DNA from: Psilocybe cubensis
Taxonomy: Eukaryota
Assembly (NCBI GenBank): GCA_017499595.2
Contig: CM039003.1
Location: forward strand, 1,488,001-1,552,000
Direction: 5' to 3'
DNA: 64,000 nt
Shown here: one piece after another, positions 51,549 through 64,000 of the stretch
How the letters are laid out: each line of letters opens with the position of its first letter
Position numbering within the stretch: position 1 is the stretch's first letter
Program-made: the position numbers and the translations under genes
Notes under the pieces: generated by a model
The model's database searches: none
Told to the model about the DNA's origin: nothing
What the model saw: the letters and a program-made list of their open reading frames with translations, nothing else

Positions 51549-52393
51549 TGGACTTTGACCGCGCCGCGTTCTCCCCCATTATTATTTATTATGAACAGGG
51601 CCGCAACATCGCCCCAGCATCTCTTCCGCTGTAATGTCTAACACCGCAACGACGACCACTTCCCGGCTCACTTAACCCCACGTCCCTGATCATCCCAGAC
51701 TCTACTACCAGTTATCGACATGACATTTCGTTCTCTACCAACACCTCAGTACACCAACTCCGCGCCTCTGCATGCTCTTCTGTCTCGTTTGTTCTTGCAT
51801 TAATTCATCTGAACACAATAACCTCCATTCTCCAGTCACACATAACCGTTTCTTGTTTTCTCTCTCACTGTCGCGTCCCTACTCAACTGATCTCATCCCA
51901 ATCATCCAATAGCCATTATTCAGAATGGACTACTAGCCTGTCCTTACCGACTCGAAACCAGTCATTCTTTTCTGTCAAGCTCTCATTACCATACTGGTGC
52001 ATTATGTTCTGTATGGGGCTGATGTCTTTGTACTTTAGACCATAGACCTTGTTGTACCTCTTTCCACCTTTTTCCTTCTTACTGTATATGATTACACATT
52101 ATATCGGTAGGATAGAAGACAAAATAATAATATGTGATATGTAGTCAGATTCCACACGCTGCAAGAATCGTGATGGGCTGGAGCTGATAAGCTTCCTTGG
52201 TCGATAGGTCGCTCAAAGGGCACTCCTTCGAAAGACAAACTTTTCTTGGGTTGCATTCTTGTTTGCAGAGACAATTTAACGTCTCGACGATGGATTGGTC
52301 GCGAAGGGACTGATAGCGGTCCAAAAAGCAAGGTTTGCATGGATGGACAGGTTGAGAGGAGTATAAAAAAAGCATGTCAGTCTCCTCGGTTCA

Positions 52394-53263
52394 TTAATCT
52401 TCGTCCATTTCGAGATCGCCTTCAACGCCTGCGCCTGCTCCCGTGTCGTCATAAACTTCTTCGTCATACACGGCGTCGGCATCATCGTCCCAGGTATCGT
52501 CATTTTCAGTGATCATAACAATGTTCTCAGAAGAAGCCGCATCCGCTGCATGGTCTTTTATTCCATTTGTGGTGACAGCAGCCGGGTCGGTTTTGTCTAT
52601 GGATGGGATAGACGCCTTGACATGTCCTAGAATTTCGTCTATCTGGTCGCCTAGTCTGTCTTCGAGCTCTTCGACAATCTATAAGTTGATATTTGAACGA
52701 GTCATGTGAGCGTCTCTCGTCGCGTAATGGGAGTGGACGATGTTGTACATACAACATAAAGTTCTACAGGAAGAGTTGGGGCGAGGTTCACGATCTGCAG
52801 CTTCTCTGCTTTGGTCAGGGAATATGGCGCAAGCTTTTTCACGAGCGTTGTGATTCCTTCCTCAGTCTGAGATTCCGTTGGGAGATAGTCCGCCGAGAGA
52901 TATTTAATAGCCTATAAGCATTATGTTTAGAGTTGAAGTTAAAAAGAATTTGAGTTATTTACGAGTGGTACATACCTCAACCTCGATGGTCCGCAAATTT
53001 TCACTCGCCTCTAAGTGTGGGTTTCCACCCATATTCACCGGCAGCGTTCCGCCATTCGCAGCAGCAGCTTCTTCCTCTTTTTTCACTCGCAGGGCGGCCT
53101 TGGTGCGTACAAGATGGTCGGATTCAAGTTCACGCAGGAGCGTCAGTACTTCATGATTAGATAGAAGTGCAGAGCGGGGGTTGAGAACCTATGAATTTGG
53201 AGGGAGATGATTTTTATTCGACAATGCAATGAAAATTTGAGGTGGGGATGGACGAACCTCCAT
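52394..53263 (-). CDS. RPC17: RNA polymerase III subunit C17/RPC9 (Rpb4-like HRDC fold)
   Basis: ME|VLNPRSALLSNHEVLTLL...ENLRTIEVE|AIKYL...LTKAEKLQIVNLAP...ELYV|IVEELEDRL, then an acidic tail. Confidence 0.88.
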
Positions 53264-54898
53264 GTCGGTCAGGAACTGACTCGGTCCGTAGTCGCGGACC
53301 GCGCTGGCGTCGAGCGAAAGCGCGTATTTGGTACTATTTATTTTGGAGCGTATTGGACTCTGGGACTTCCCGAAATAGTAGCTGTAAACTAGTACCACAC
53401 AACTTCGCTCTCAATCGCTCCTTCAACAATTCTCAATTCAACCACCATCAGTATGCGGCTTCCACGACAATTCAACCCTTAAATGGCCTTTTCTTCTTGT
53501 GATATCATTAAACACTTTAGTCTTGGACGAATTCTTCAGATCTTATGAGGCGCCGCAAAATCAGAATCTTTATCACCTTCCACACTCATCCTGCTATGCT
53601 CAACAACTTGATCGCTCCACCTGCTTTCAATTTTCTAATATTCTGATATCTCTGGAGGCTGTAATCGTGGTAATCGTGGTTATGAACCTCAAATGTTAAT
53701 TGCTATGGTCCTCATCATCCTGTCACCGAAGGCCTAGCTTCCAATCCAGTGATGTGTACTAGTAGTAAGCCATACTTGGTCGACAAATTTAGGGCGTTTC
53801 GAAGACAATGAATGCTTTACCCTTTTAATGACACCAGGATCAAAAGATTAACATACTCAGTCTCGATGCTATAGTCCTTTCCAATGCCACAATCGGGACC
53901 TGCGTCAAAGACTCAAAGGCACAAACTCGATTGACCCTACACTCAGAGCTGGAGATATTTCGGGAAGAATTACCTTTCTACCAACAACGGTCTTCAAATT
54001 AAAGAATGCACTTACATGGCAAGGCTCTGTTTCATGTTTAGGTGTTGTTACATCACGAGAGACATAGGGTATTCTCGGATTTCTATGGTGTGGGACCAGC
54101 GCTGGGGGAGTTGAGCGGTCAATACATTTGTTATCATAATCGCAGAGGGATTCTGTCAGCATCACTTCTTGAATCTAACACTTATGACGAAGGCAGCGGT
54201 CAAACTACATGCCAACAAGACCCATTTGCGACGAGTTGTTGGTCATTTTCTAATCAACCCGCAAAGCCCATACTATGCTGTGCACAGTAATCCGCCACTG
54301 AGCAGATTGGGTTTGATGCGAACAGCCCTTATTATTTTTGGCGTGGTTGGTGCTTGCGGTGATTGTGCGTCCTAATTGTGGCCAACGCCACATATGCACG
54401 TCGCGTTTGGCGATCCAAAAGGTGAGCAAGCTTTACCTCCACCACACTACCGAACACGTCAAACCACTCAGGGCAGCATTCTGAGGGAGCAGCTCCTGGT
54501 CTAATTGAGAGCGAAAAAATTTGAAGGCAGATCATTGACCCAGACAGAACGGACGCGAGCTAATACGAAGATAACCACACATAGAAGAATTGCGTTTGAC
54601 GTGTATGATATTAGAACATTTTGGATCAGTAAAATGTCTTCCCGCAGGCACAATAAAATGAGCACAAGTGATGGAGGAAAGCAAGAGAGGATAATTACGT
54701 AAAGGATGACCGCCAAACAAAGGCTCAAACAAAGCACACCTCGCGATCCCAAACTCTTCCAATTAGCTGGGAATATCCACTCCAGTCACCAACCAATACA
54801 TACAAGGTCCGTCCTCTACAGCGCATACATCTTTCCACCGTTCACCACAATTTGTAGCAGACCTTTTTTTTACCATTCTCTCGTCGCTTTCAATCCAC

Positions 54899-57320
54899 AT
54901 GAATCGACCAGGTCAGAGCAGTTACAATGTATCTTCTTCCAGTCTTTTTACCGGCTCAATCTTCTAGGCCAACCTCAACAGAGAGCTCCGAATCTCACAG
55001 CAAACCCTGCGCTTTCAAGTCAGTTTCGCCAGGCGTATCCGGGATATGGCATGCCACCGCGCAACGTCCTCCAACAGGCTGGCTCGGGATACGTTCCTAC
55101 CATTCAACCCAACACCCATCGAACAACAACCCAGCAAAACCAGGTACCAACTCTCTCTTCGCAATCAAGCCAGGGATTCAACCCTCCGAGGGGACAGGGC
55201 AACTACACGTTCGGACCTGGAGTACTAGGCCAGCACCAGCCATCATCGGTTCTACAGCAACAGCAGCAGCAGCAGCCACCTCCATCACAGCAGCAGCAGC
55301 AACAACAACCACCGCAAACAAATGGGGCGCAGAGTACATTGTCTTCGCTAATGGCTCAAACATCTGGTATGGGCGCGACTCCGGCGGCATCGTCAGCGGC
55401 AGAAGTTAGTCTGGATCCGAACGACTTCCCGGCTCTGGGCTCTACACCTACGAATACGTCCAGTATCAACAACAACGGCACAGGCCAACCTACTACAACA
55501 AGCTATGCTAGTCAAGCAGGCACAGGGATGTTGTTGGGTGGTACAGGGGGCTCAGGCAACGCCGCTGGCAGTTCACTAACGGGAGCGCAGACGCGAGATT
55601 TTACTCCAGATGATTTTCCAGCTCTAGGAGGCCAGGCTCCCTCAAATCAAACTCGTGATTCCTTGCAAAATCAACTTTCTGGCCAGGAAAATCTGTCTCA
55701 CCCACCAGGACTGAATGGATTCCCTCCGTCTGAACAGCAGCAACAGCTTCGCCAAAATATGATTGGAAACTTACAGCAAGGCACACCAGGCATGCTTAAC
55801 TTGGGGCCAACACAATCGCGGAATATACACCCCGGATTCCAAGTCCAATCGGAAGCGGAGAAACAGCAACAGAGGGTGGGTTCTATTTTTCGAATTGAAA
55901 CGAATGTTGTTCTCGGCATGGACACTTTTCTGTTTACCTCGTGTCTTTTCAAACGCCTTTGTTTCTTGCGTGAAGAACCTGGGCTGACTGTATTAATCCG
56001 TAGAATAACTATTCTTTGAAGTTGAGCCAAGCATCACACGCAGCATGGGGTTCTCCAAATGTCAATCCAAACACTCAAACACAGCCATCTGGTGTTGTGG
56101 CTGGAGTAAGTTCCTGTTCTGAAATGCAAAAGGAGAAAACGCTTATATTTTTTTACAGTCTAATGGTAATGCCGCAATCTAGTTATCACTTCTTTGAGTT
56201 ATTTCCAATTTTCATTCTCCAGGTGCTTTCTCACAAAATGAGGCTACACATACGCCCGGTACAACTGCAACCACAAATGCCCCTACTGCAGGCGGGCCCC
56301 CTCCGTTATCATCCAATGGTCTCGGTAATGTTGAATCGCATCCGAACACAAGCATACCAAACCCTAACGGAAGCTCGAATCCCATACCTACGACAACTGC
56401 CAGCGTGAATCCAACTTCATTACCAACGAACCCTTCACGACTGCAACATCCACAAACGCCAGCACAACAGGTATTAATTAGTGCAGCCGATCGCTGGGGT
56501 CTACTGTCTTTGATCGCGATGATGAGGAATGCTAGCGCTGATGCAGACCATGGCTTGAGCAGTATAGGGACAGATTTGGGAACGATGGGGCTAGATATGT
56601 CATTCCCTGGGTAAGTGCCTTTTTGTCGTCTCGAGAAATTTATCTACAACACACGCACAACTAGCAACCTCTATTCTACTTTCATTACACCATGGGCAGA
56701 TCAATCAGCAGCGCGTACAGTGGAGCCAGACTTCCACCTTCCTGCATGCTATCTCAGTGTGCAAGCACCTCCGCCAGGGCCAACGAAGGCCAATATGTTC
56801 AGTGACGAAACCCTTTTCTTCATGTTCTATTCCAGTCCAAGGGATGCTCTCCAGGAAGTTGCAGCCCAAGAATTGTACGTATTTTTACCTAGGTGTCATT
56901 TGCACCATTGTCGAAGGGTTACATACCCCTTCTTTCCCTCATTACTTTCACTCTGATCGCTGATGAACTGCATCATTTTATAGATGGAACCGGAACTGGA
57001 GATACCACAAAGGACTTCGGCTATGGATAACCAAAGAAACGGGTACTTCACCTTCACAGAAAGTGCAAGGTGGTGGAGGCGAACAGGGCTCATATACAAT
57101 TTGGGAACCCGAAAACTGGGCCAAAGAACCCAGGAATCTGACGGTGCTATATTCAGACCTCGAGGAAAAGTCCCATCCTGCCTTCGTCAACACTGCTGGG
57201 TTGGTTCTCGCAAATAACCAATCGCAGGCTCAAGTGACACAGCAGCCTACACAGATGGCGGCCCAGCCTCAGCTGCCTTCGAGGGGTCCTGCCTTCCAGA
57301 TGGGTATGGCCGGATTGTGA
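54899..57320 (+). CDS. NOT2: CCR4-NOT complex subunit Not2 (Cdc36)
   Basis: Q-rich N-terminus with two DFPALG motifs; DRWGLLSL, IGTDLGTMGLD, LYSTFITPW, EPDFHLPACY, FSDETLFFMFYSSPRDALQEVAAQELWNRNWRYHK (NOT box). Confidence 0.94.
55255..55308 (+). repeat. CAG/CAA poly-Gln coding microsatellites
   Basis: cagcaacagcagcagcagcag...cagcagcagcagcaacaacaa inside the NOT2 exon. Confidence 0.8.
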
Positions 57321-58056
57321 TAATTTTTTGTTTTCCGGCTTTCCTTCAATCCAGCCTATTTACCATTTTTACCTACTTTTACCATCGTCGTATTCTCGTG
57401 TTTCCTCTGTGATTTGCAGACCGCTTCGTGAACTCTGTACTATTGTACTTTACCCAGCTGCTCTGGCGTCCCATTATCCACCTTTTTTGAGTCGATTTGG
57501 CTCATTTATCTTCTTTATGAGTCTGTTTCCAATGTGGCCACAGTGAGATCTACACGTTTCTTGAGAGTTGATTATGAAACGCCTTCAGGTGGCGCTGGCT
57601 CGGTTCTCAATGTTCATTTCTCGTTGTCTTTTGCCTTGTTAGTTAAATTGCTGGCCTTTTTCTCGATGGGCTGCGACATGAATTTGTAAATCTAACCTTG
57701 CTGCGTTTGGAGCGAAGCATTAACACTCCGCGCATACTGACGAGCCTGACTACTGGGTTCTTTCGCTGATGATCGACCTCTCCTCGTTCACTTCTCCGTC
57801 AAGCTGTCGACTGCAGTAGCGGGAATTGGTACTCTGGTCGATATACACCTTTCAAATCGGAAGTAATACTATGGCCGGACAATGATATAAAAGCAGCCAC
57901 GACTTGCCCTGTCAAGAAACTAGAACCTTGCGAGAAATCCGGCGTAATTGCAACGACCACTCACATATCAGCGCCTCTTTAGATTTATTAAACTCGGTTG
58001 GCCGCTGGTGCAGTGCTGAATAATTGAATTCGAAATAGCGCGGATATCTCCCAACT

Positions 58057-59716
58057 ATGACCGACCAGACTACCCGTCTTCCTCGTCTTTCACGCGTCGC
58101 GCATGCGGGCCACTGTAAACGCTGTCTCTCGGGTGCGTCTCCCGTTGCTTGTTGTATTGTCATAGATGTCGATGATGGCTGACTGGATTGCTCTGTTTCT
58201 CAGGGTTGCCAGCTTCTCAAACCGATGTCGATGCTTCAAGGCAAGACGATTCACTCATAGTGTTTTTGTTGCCTTGAGCTTTACGTCTTACTCCTGTTGG
58301 TTCTTCGACAGATTGGCACTTGCTTTCTACTGTATAGGATCTTTAGATTTGCTTGGAGTGCTTGATGAGCATGTGCCGGGCTCAGATCGCGAGGAGTGGA
58401 GGGAGTGGCTTTGGGGACAGCAAACGAGTGGGTAATCATTATGTGGTTACATCTACCGCTCACGCCGCTATTTTTCTAGGCGGCAAATATGGCTCGGGCT
58501 TCAGACCCAGCCCATTCATGACGGGACAACGCAATTCCAGTGATGGCCAGCCAGTACGCGCCCTACTGTACCTCATTCTCTTAAAGGCACAATCTAACTT
58601 TTTCCTCTCAGGCAGAATACACAGATTACGACACCCCACACATCATCATGACATATACTGCCCTGCTCTCCCTCGCAATTCTTCGGGACGATTTCACGAG
58701 ATTAGATCGGCCTGGACTTCTAAAGTTTCTTCGAGCGTGTCAACGAGGCGATGGAAGGTATTCTTCCCAATTCAAATTTGAGTCACTTATGGCACTGCTC
58801 AGGCATCAGTCGTTTTAGCTTCTCGACCGTGCCAGGAAGCAATGAATCCGATTTGCGCACGCTATACTGTGCCTTTGCTATCAGTAGTATGCTGGATGAT
58901 TGGTCCGGAGTGGACATTCCTCGGGCAGTCTCATTCATCGCGACGTGTAGAGTAAAGCTGCTTTGCATTTCTTGCCCGCGATGGATCACGTACTGACCTC
59001 GGGTTATCAGACGTACGAAGGTGGATATGGCCAGTCACCCTTTTGCGAAGCTCAAGGTCTTGTTTTTATAACTTGTCTTTCCCGTGCATTTGGACTCAAT
59101 CTGTTTACCAGGTGGCACGACATATATAGCCGTTGCTTCACTGGCGTTGGCATCGGCAGGAGCTGACCGCGTCGACTCCACCATGTCTTCCTCTGAACGC
59201 CAGATCACCATCGGTTGGCTCCTGCGAAATCAGGATGAGTCTGGTGGTTTCTGCGGTCGGACCGGGAAGGATGCAGATGCATGCTATTGCTTCTGGTGTG
59301 GTGCCGCTCTGAAGGTGAGAATCTACTTCCCTCTTTCAATGAAGGGCAAAAATGATAATAGAATTACGATGCTAGATACTTGGAGCGGGGGACCTGGTCG
59401 ATTCCGACAAGCTCGCTGCGTTCCTTGCGCGGTGCCAATTCAAGTATGGTGGCATATCCAAGGCACCTGGCGAAAATCCTGGTATTCTCCTTTTTCCTTT
59501 CTTCCCGACGGTTACTCGTTATAATGATTTGAATGTTTACTAGACCCGTATCACACTTACCTTTCGTTGGCGGCCTTATCCATGTATCCTCCATCGGTAG
59601 AAAGAGCCGGTGACAATATAAAATCCTGGGAATTTCAACCTTTAGACCCCTTGCTTAATGCGAGGGAACAGACCGCATTATGGATCCGAGAACATGTACC
59701 AGCGAAACTCGTGTAA
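58057..59716 (+). CDS. Geranylgeranyltransferase type I beta subunit (Cdc43/PGGT1B-like)
   Basis: DASRLALAFYCIGSLDLLG, HIIMTYTALLSLAIL, ESDLRTLYCA, QTYEGGYGQ...EAQGGTTY, GFCGRTGKDADACYCFW, DPYHTYLSLAAL prenyltransferase repeats. Confidence 0.92.
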
Positions 59717-60822
59717 CCGCTTCGCACCAGTGGATTGTTTGCAATACTCTTGATCGAAGCGTAGAGTCTAGGATATGAATACGTCGTTTACTTGATAGGG
59801 TTCCCTCGGCGTATGTTCTAGTACTATATTATTTTCTTGATTGTGTCACATCTTGTCTTGATGAATTGGTGTACATAATATTTTAGAGTACAAACAACCA
59901 ATTTCGCCTTCAAAGGTTGAGATATGATTGAGGTAATCGGTCGGAAAAGTGGCAGGATAAACACAATACCGAGAAATAGGCCTATCAGTAACTTTCGAAA
60001 ACAAAGATATACGTGCGAATCTGAACCAATTGTTTGGATGTCCTCCTCGTGTGTTCGATTCGGGCCCGGATCGACATCACGGTTGCAGTTGTTTTAATGA
60101 ACGCCGTTAAATGCTGCTTGTCAGCATCTTGTTTGTGGGCGAGAGGAGGACCAAGGCCACTTGTTGCCAGTTCCGGTACTCCCTGCACTCGAAGTCCGAG
60201 CAGCAGCGGTTCGTATCGGCAAAGTAACTTCATTACCGAGGGATGAGGGTAATGAATACAGAAACAAGTGTAGTGCATAGGTTCCTGTTACTCTTAAATG
60301 TAACTTGGTAACAGTATAATTGTAAAAACTGTCAAAGCCAGGTTACGTGCAAGGCACAAAAGGCAGATAAAATGCAACTCGAGTCAACCATATTTGTGGA
60401 GTAGTTGTAAAGCCAATTGTGAGCTAAGGCATAGAAGGATTAGAAAGGGCCCCAATAGCGTAGGTTGGATGTCTGTCAGATAGGTAAGATCAAGTTAATA
60501 AACCAGTACGACGCACCGTACTGGGCAGTATGAGATGACAAGTGCAAATATGGTGTCCAGCGTTGACATTGCCACTCTGGAAAGTCTACCATGTTATTCT
60601 GCCATCTCGTCTCGAAGAGTTAGCTAGTAAAAGGTGAAACAAGTCGTGGACACTGGACACAGTGGTCAGCGGCAAGGTTAGCGGCCAGCCGCCAGGACTC
60701 TTATTTAACGTGGGAATCCGGCGGCAGCGCAGCCTCAGCAACTTCGGTCCACGGGCAGACTGAACCGTCAGTACTCACGGCTACGCCCTGAGGCCACGTC
60801 TGGTCTAAACTCAACCTTCACC

Positions 60823-62198
60823 ATGGATTCCGATAGAAAATCGACCGTTTCGTCCTTCTATGGTGGAAGGAAACCCTCTTTAGACGTTCTTAACCAAGAC
60901 TATCCTCCTCCTCAGGCAAGAGCAGGGGGTGCAAAGCCTGGTCGCGATGATGCATCTTCATTCTTCAATCCGGAAAGGAGCTCTATGGACTATCTCACAC
61001 GGTCTTCCGCAGGCTATAACAGAAACTCCTTCGCGCCTGGAGGGAGGGAAGAGCCCATAAAGGGTGGTAGGGACGAGGAGGAGCATCAGAGAGAAGATGC
61101 ATGGGATGTCTACGCAGATTTTAACAACACCGGCCCTCGCTATAGCTCTGCTTTTGGTGTAGGGCAAAACGAAGCAGCGTATGTCTATGTATCACACTAC
61201 TCATTCCATCTTCTTACGAAATTCTGGACTTAGCTATTCGCAAATACCAGCCATGCCCTCTCCGATGCTTAAGGACGAACCGGTAAATGGGAGCAAGGTG
61301 GAAATGGTCACCGTTCCTGCGCTTGGTGCAGAATGGGGGAAGGATGAGCTGTACCAATCAACGAAGGCTGGAAAAAGGGAGAGGAAGAAAGAAAAAAGGG
61401 CACAATTTTGGAAGGCTTGGAATCGCGGGGAACGAGGGCTCTGTGGCAGGTACTTCACGCGAAAGGTCCTCGTATGGACTTTGTTTGGACTTTGTGTGGC
61501 GTGAGTTCATCTTGATCGTCTTTCGAAGCTCATCGTTGATCTTTCTTTTGGTAAAGAATTGCAATTATTGTTGCATTTACTATTCCTCGTGTCCCAAGTT
61601 TTACCTTTAATACCGCCACACCTTTAGAAAAGGCCACAGGATCATGGGCAACGGCTGTTCCTACAGCCTTTGCCCCTTCTGTTGCCAACTTTTCATTCCC
61701 AGCCTTTGCGGCGGTACAGGTCGACACTAATAGCAACTTCTTGCCAATTAGGCTCTCACATATGAGTGCAAAGGTTTTTGATACCGACACCAATCGTCAA
61801 GTAGGGACTGGCGATTATTCTCATTTAACACTCCCTGCCAAATCATTTCCACAGCTACTCCTCCCTCTGAATTTCACTTATTTGGCCGCCAACTCTAGCG
61901 ACCAAACATGTAAGCTCCTCTCAATGTTTTATTATTCGCTGCTGAAGTCAATATATAACAGTCACAAACTGGTATAGTGCCTGCAAAAATAGAGGCCTGT
62001 ATCCAGATGGGAAGCGACCATGTAAGGACTCTCGATTTCAATTTATCTACGCATCCAAACTAATATCTTCTGGATCAAGCTTTAAAATTTCGTTTAGTTT
62101 TGGAAATGAGCATCAGGGGCCTTCCCTCAAAGCGCGGCGCCTCACTCCAAACGCCAGACGCAGATTGTCCAATTGAACTGGACATAACTGCTGCTTGA
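60823..62198 (+). CDS. Uncharacterised type II single-pass membrane protein (LEA_2-like lumenal domain)
   Basis: Cytosolic N-terminus (WDVYADFNNTGPRY), TM LVWTLFGLCVA-IAIIVAFTIPRVP, then a beta-rich domain (VDTNSNFLPI...PLNFTY) ending in DCPIELDITAA. Confidence 0.75.
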
Positions 62199-62603
62199 TT
62201 GTTTTTCTTGCTCCTCATCTTCGTTGACCATTATCTGGAACATTTTTACTATGCACACGGACCTCTATATCACCATCCCACGATCTTTAATCCCACATGT
62301 TCTCACCATCAGCGTTATGCCCTTTCATCGTTTTCCTAGTCCAACGGACGGTATAAATCAATAATAATCTTTGGTCAGGACTGTTTTCAATTTTATTCAT
62401 AAATCTAGCATTGTTTCGCTCTCTGTTTTTTTTAATTGTAAATACATGTGCATACTGATACACAGATACGAAAGTGAACATTTTCGATGATGGTATGTTA
62501 ACGTTCCAGTCAGCCTCCGGTCTCGATCGCAATTCTGTAAACTATTTCAGGGGAAGAATACAACGAGATCATTAACTCGGACTCCTTGGTAGGCTTCCAA
62601 GAT

Positions 62604-64000
62604 ATGCACCATCGTACACCTTCTGCATTCAATCGAAAAGTCAGCTCCAACGTACGAAGACGCTCGGGTGGTGCAACGTCCCTCAAGAACCGCGCCGATC
62701 GTGCACCTGCTGGCGAAGACGATTCATTCCCCAGCGTACGCTCACAACCAACTGTAGCATTCATGTCCCGAGGCGATCGCTCTGCCCGTTCCACCGTAAA
62801 CCTCGATGCATCATCGGCTCGGACTCAGAGGGAAGCACCTCCATCCCTCCCTCGCTTCGAAGGTACGAGAAGCGTGTTAAAGCTTTGCGTATTTTTGTTG
62901 ATTTCAAATCAGATCAAGGCTACCATGTATTTACAAGCATGTGTACGTCGGACGAAGCCAGCGTGAGCGAGTATAGCGGCAACTCTCGTTTCATCAATGA
63001 TGAAGTGGCCTCTGCTTCTGCCGGAACTGCGTTAGAAGGCGTTAGTTCTGGCCAAATCGCTTCGTCTGATACATCTCCATCTGAAGACCCTTCAGTGTGC
63101 ATCTCTAGCGAAGACTCGAGGCCTACCGATAGCGCAGAACCGCCCAGTGGCAATACGAAGATGATGCCAGTCGCTACTACTGATCCGGGCCATTCTGGTT
63201 TGATCCCTTCGATTGGAACGACGAACAAGTTTACGAACAAATGGCCTAAACCGACGACGTTGAAGTCTTTTGAGGTCCTTCCTAAAGGTTCGAAAGGTGT
63301 TTTCATTGGAGCTATGGGGACTTTTCACACTGGAACTCCGGCTCTCGAGAAAGGGCAGGGAGCTATGACTCCCAACAATCCTACACCCAAATGGTCAGCA
63401 TTCAAGTGGTGCCTTTTCATATCTATCATGTCGGTTTTTGCATATGGAACCATGACAATGATCACGGCATTAATGACTTGGTTTAATGGTCAGTTGTGAT
63501 TTACCTTCGCCTTACTTTTATTAACGCTTTCCAATACCAAGCATGGGAGAAGGCAAATGTAATGGTCGTGGCTGACAACGACATTCTTATTCTAATGACA
63601 CTCTCCGCTTCTGCACTCCTTTTAACCGCAAGCTTTGGCATTGCTGGTATATTCCTGAACTCACGGAAAATCCTTGCGATTTACACCTTTTTGCTATGGC
63701 CAGCATTCTTATCCATCCTTGCCGTTGGTTACAATAGCTATAGGCGTTCCCATCTTGCACTCGACCGCAAACTCGATTACTCCTGGAGCCGCTTTTATAC
63801 ATCATTGGGAAGGCGTATGATCCAAGATGCCCTACAATGCTGTGGTTACTTCAGCTCTATGCACGAAGCTACTCCAAGCAAACGGTGCTACTTGCGGACG
63901 CCTTTGCCGGGGTGTAAAGGTGGCTTGTATGCCTTTGAAAAAAGCAACCTTGGGATGATTTCAAAGGTGACATTTTCTCTAGCGCCTCTTCATCTCGTCA
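62604..64000 (+). CDS. Tetraspanin, Tsp2-like with long N-terminal cytoplasmic tail (3' truncated)
   Basis: WSAFKWCLFISIMSVFAYG TM1 and further TMs; IQDALQCCGY (CCG motif), RCY...LPGCK in the large extracellular loop; runs off the window end. Confidence 0.85.

Noticed and set aside
53400..54800. ncRNA or small gene between RPC17 and NOT2
   Set aside because: Only short featureless ORFs and no identifiable RNA motif; consistent with a divergent promoter and UTRs.

Overview
Eukaryotic, intron-rich fungal DNA. Short (~50-70 nt) GT-AG introns, dense gene packing and the gene families present point to an agaricomycete basidiomycete; the taxon is inferred, not proven. About 29 protein-coding genes can be reconstructed by splicing the ORF fragments by eye. 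Recognisable families: two tandem Mob1/Mob2 paralogs, a GPI-anchored cupredoxin, a PPC decarboxylase/HAL3 flavoprotein, an atypical homeodomain protein, a CE5 cutinase/acetylxylan esterase, an SDR, an AA5 copper radical oxidase, RPL4, an alpha/beta hydrolase, an F-box-like protein, a G-patch (Tma23-like) protein, a type-B carboxylesterase, MSP1, ALG11, an FMN alpha-hydroxy-acid oxidase, a SUN-domain Slp1-like protein, a GH20 hexosaminidase, an ENTH/epsin, Pol III C17, NOT2, GGTase-I beta and a Tsp2-like tetraspanin. Several uncharacterised membrane proteins are also present. Two non-autonomous TIR DNA transposons bracket the hydroxy-acid oxidase gene: a 678-bp Mutator-like element with a perfect 9-bp TSD, and a 1257-bp element with 34-bp TIRs and a terminal hairpin. 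The most unusual items are these elements, a homeodomain lacking the near-invariant Asn51, and the tandem Mob duplication. I saw no tRNA, rRNA, CRISPR array or clearly novel multi-gene system. CDS coordinates span start to stop including introns; exon boundaries were inferred manually.
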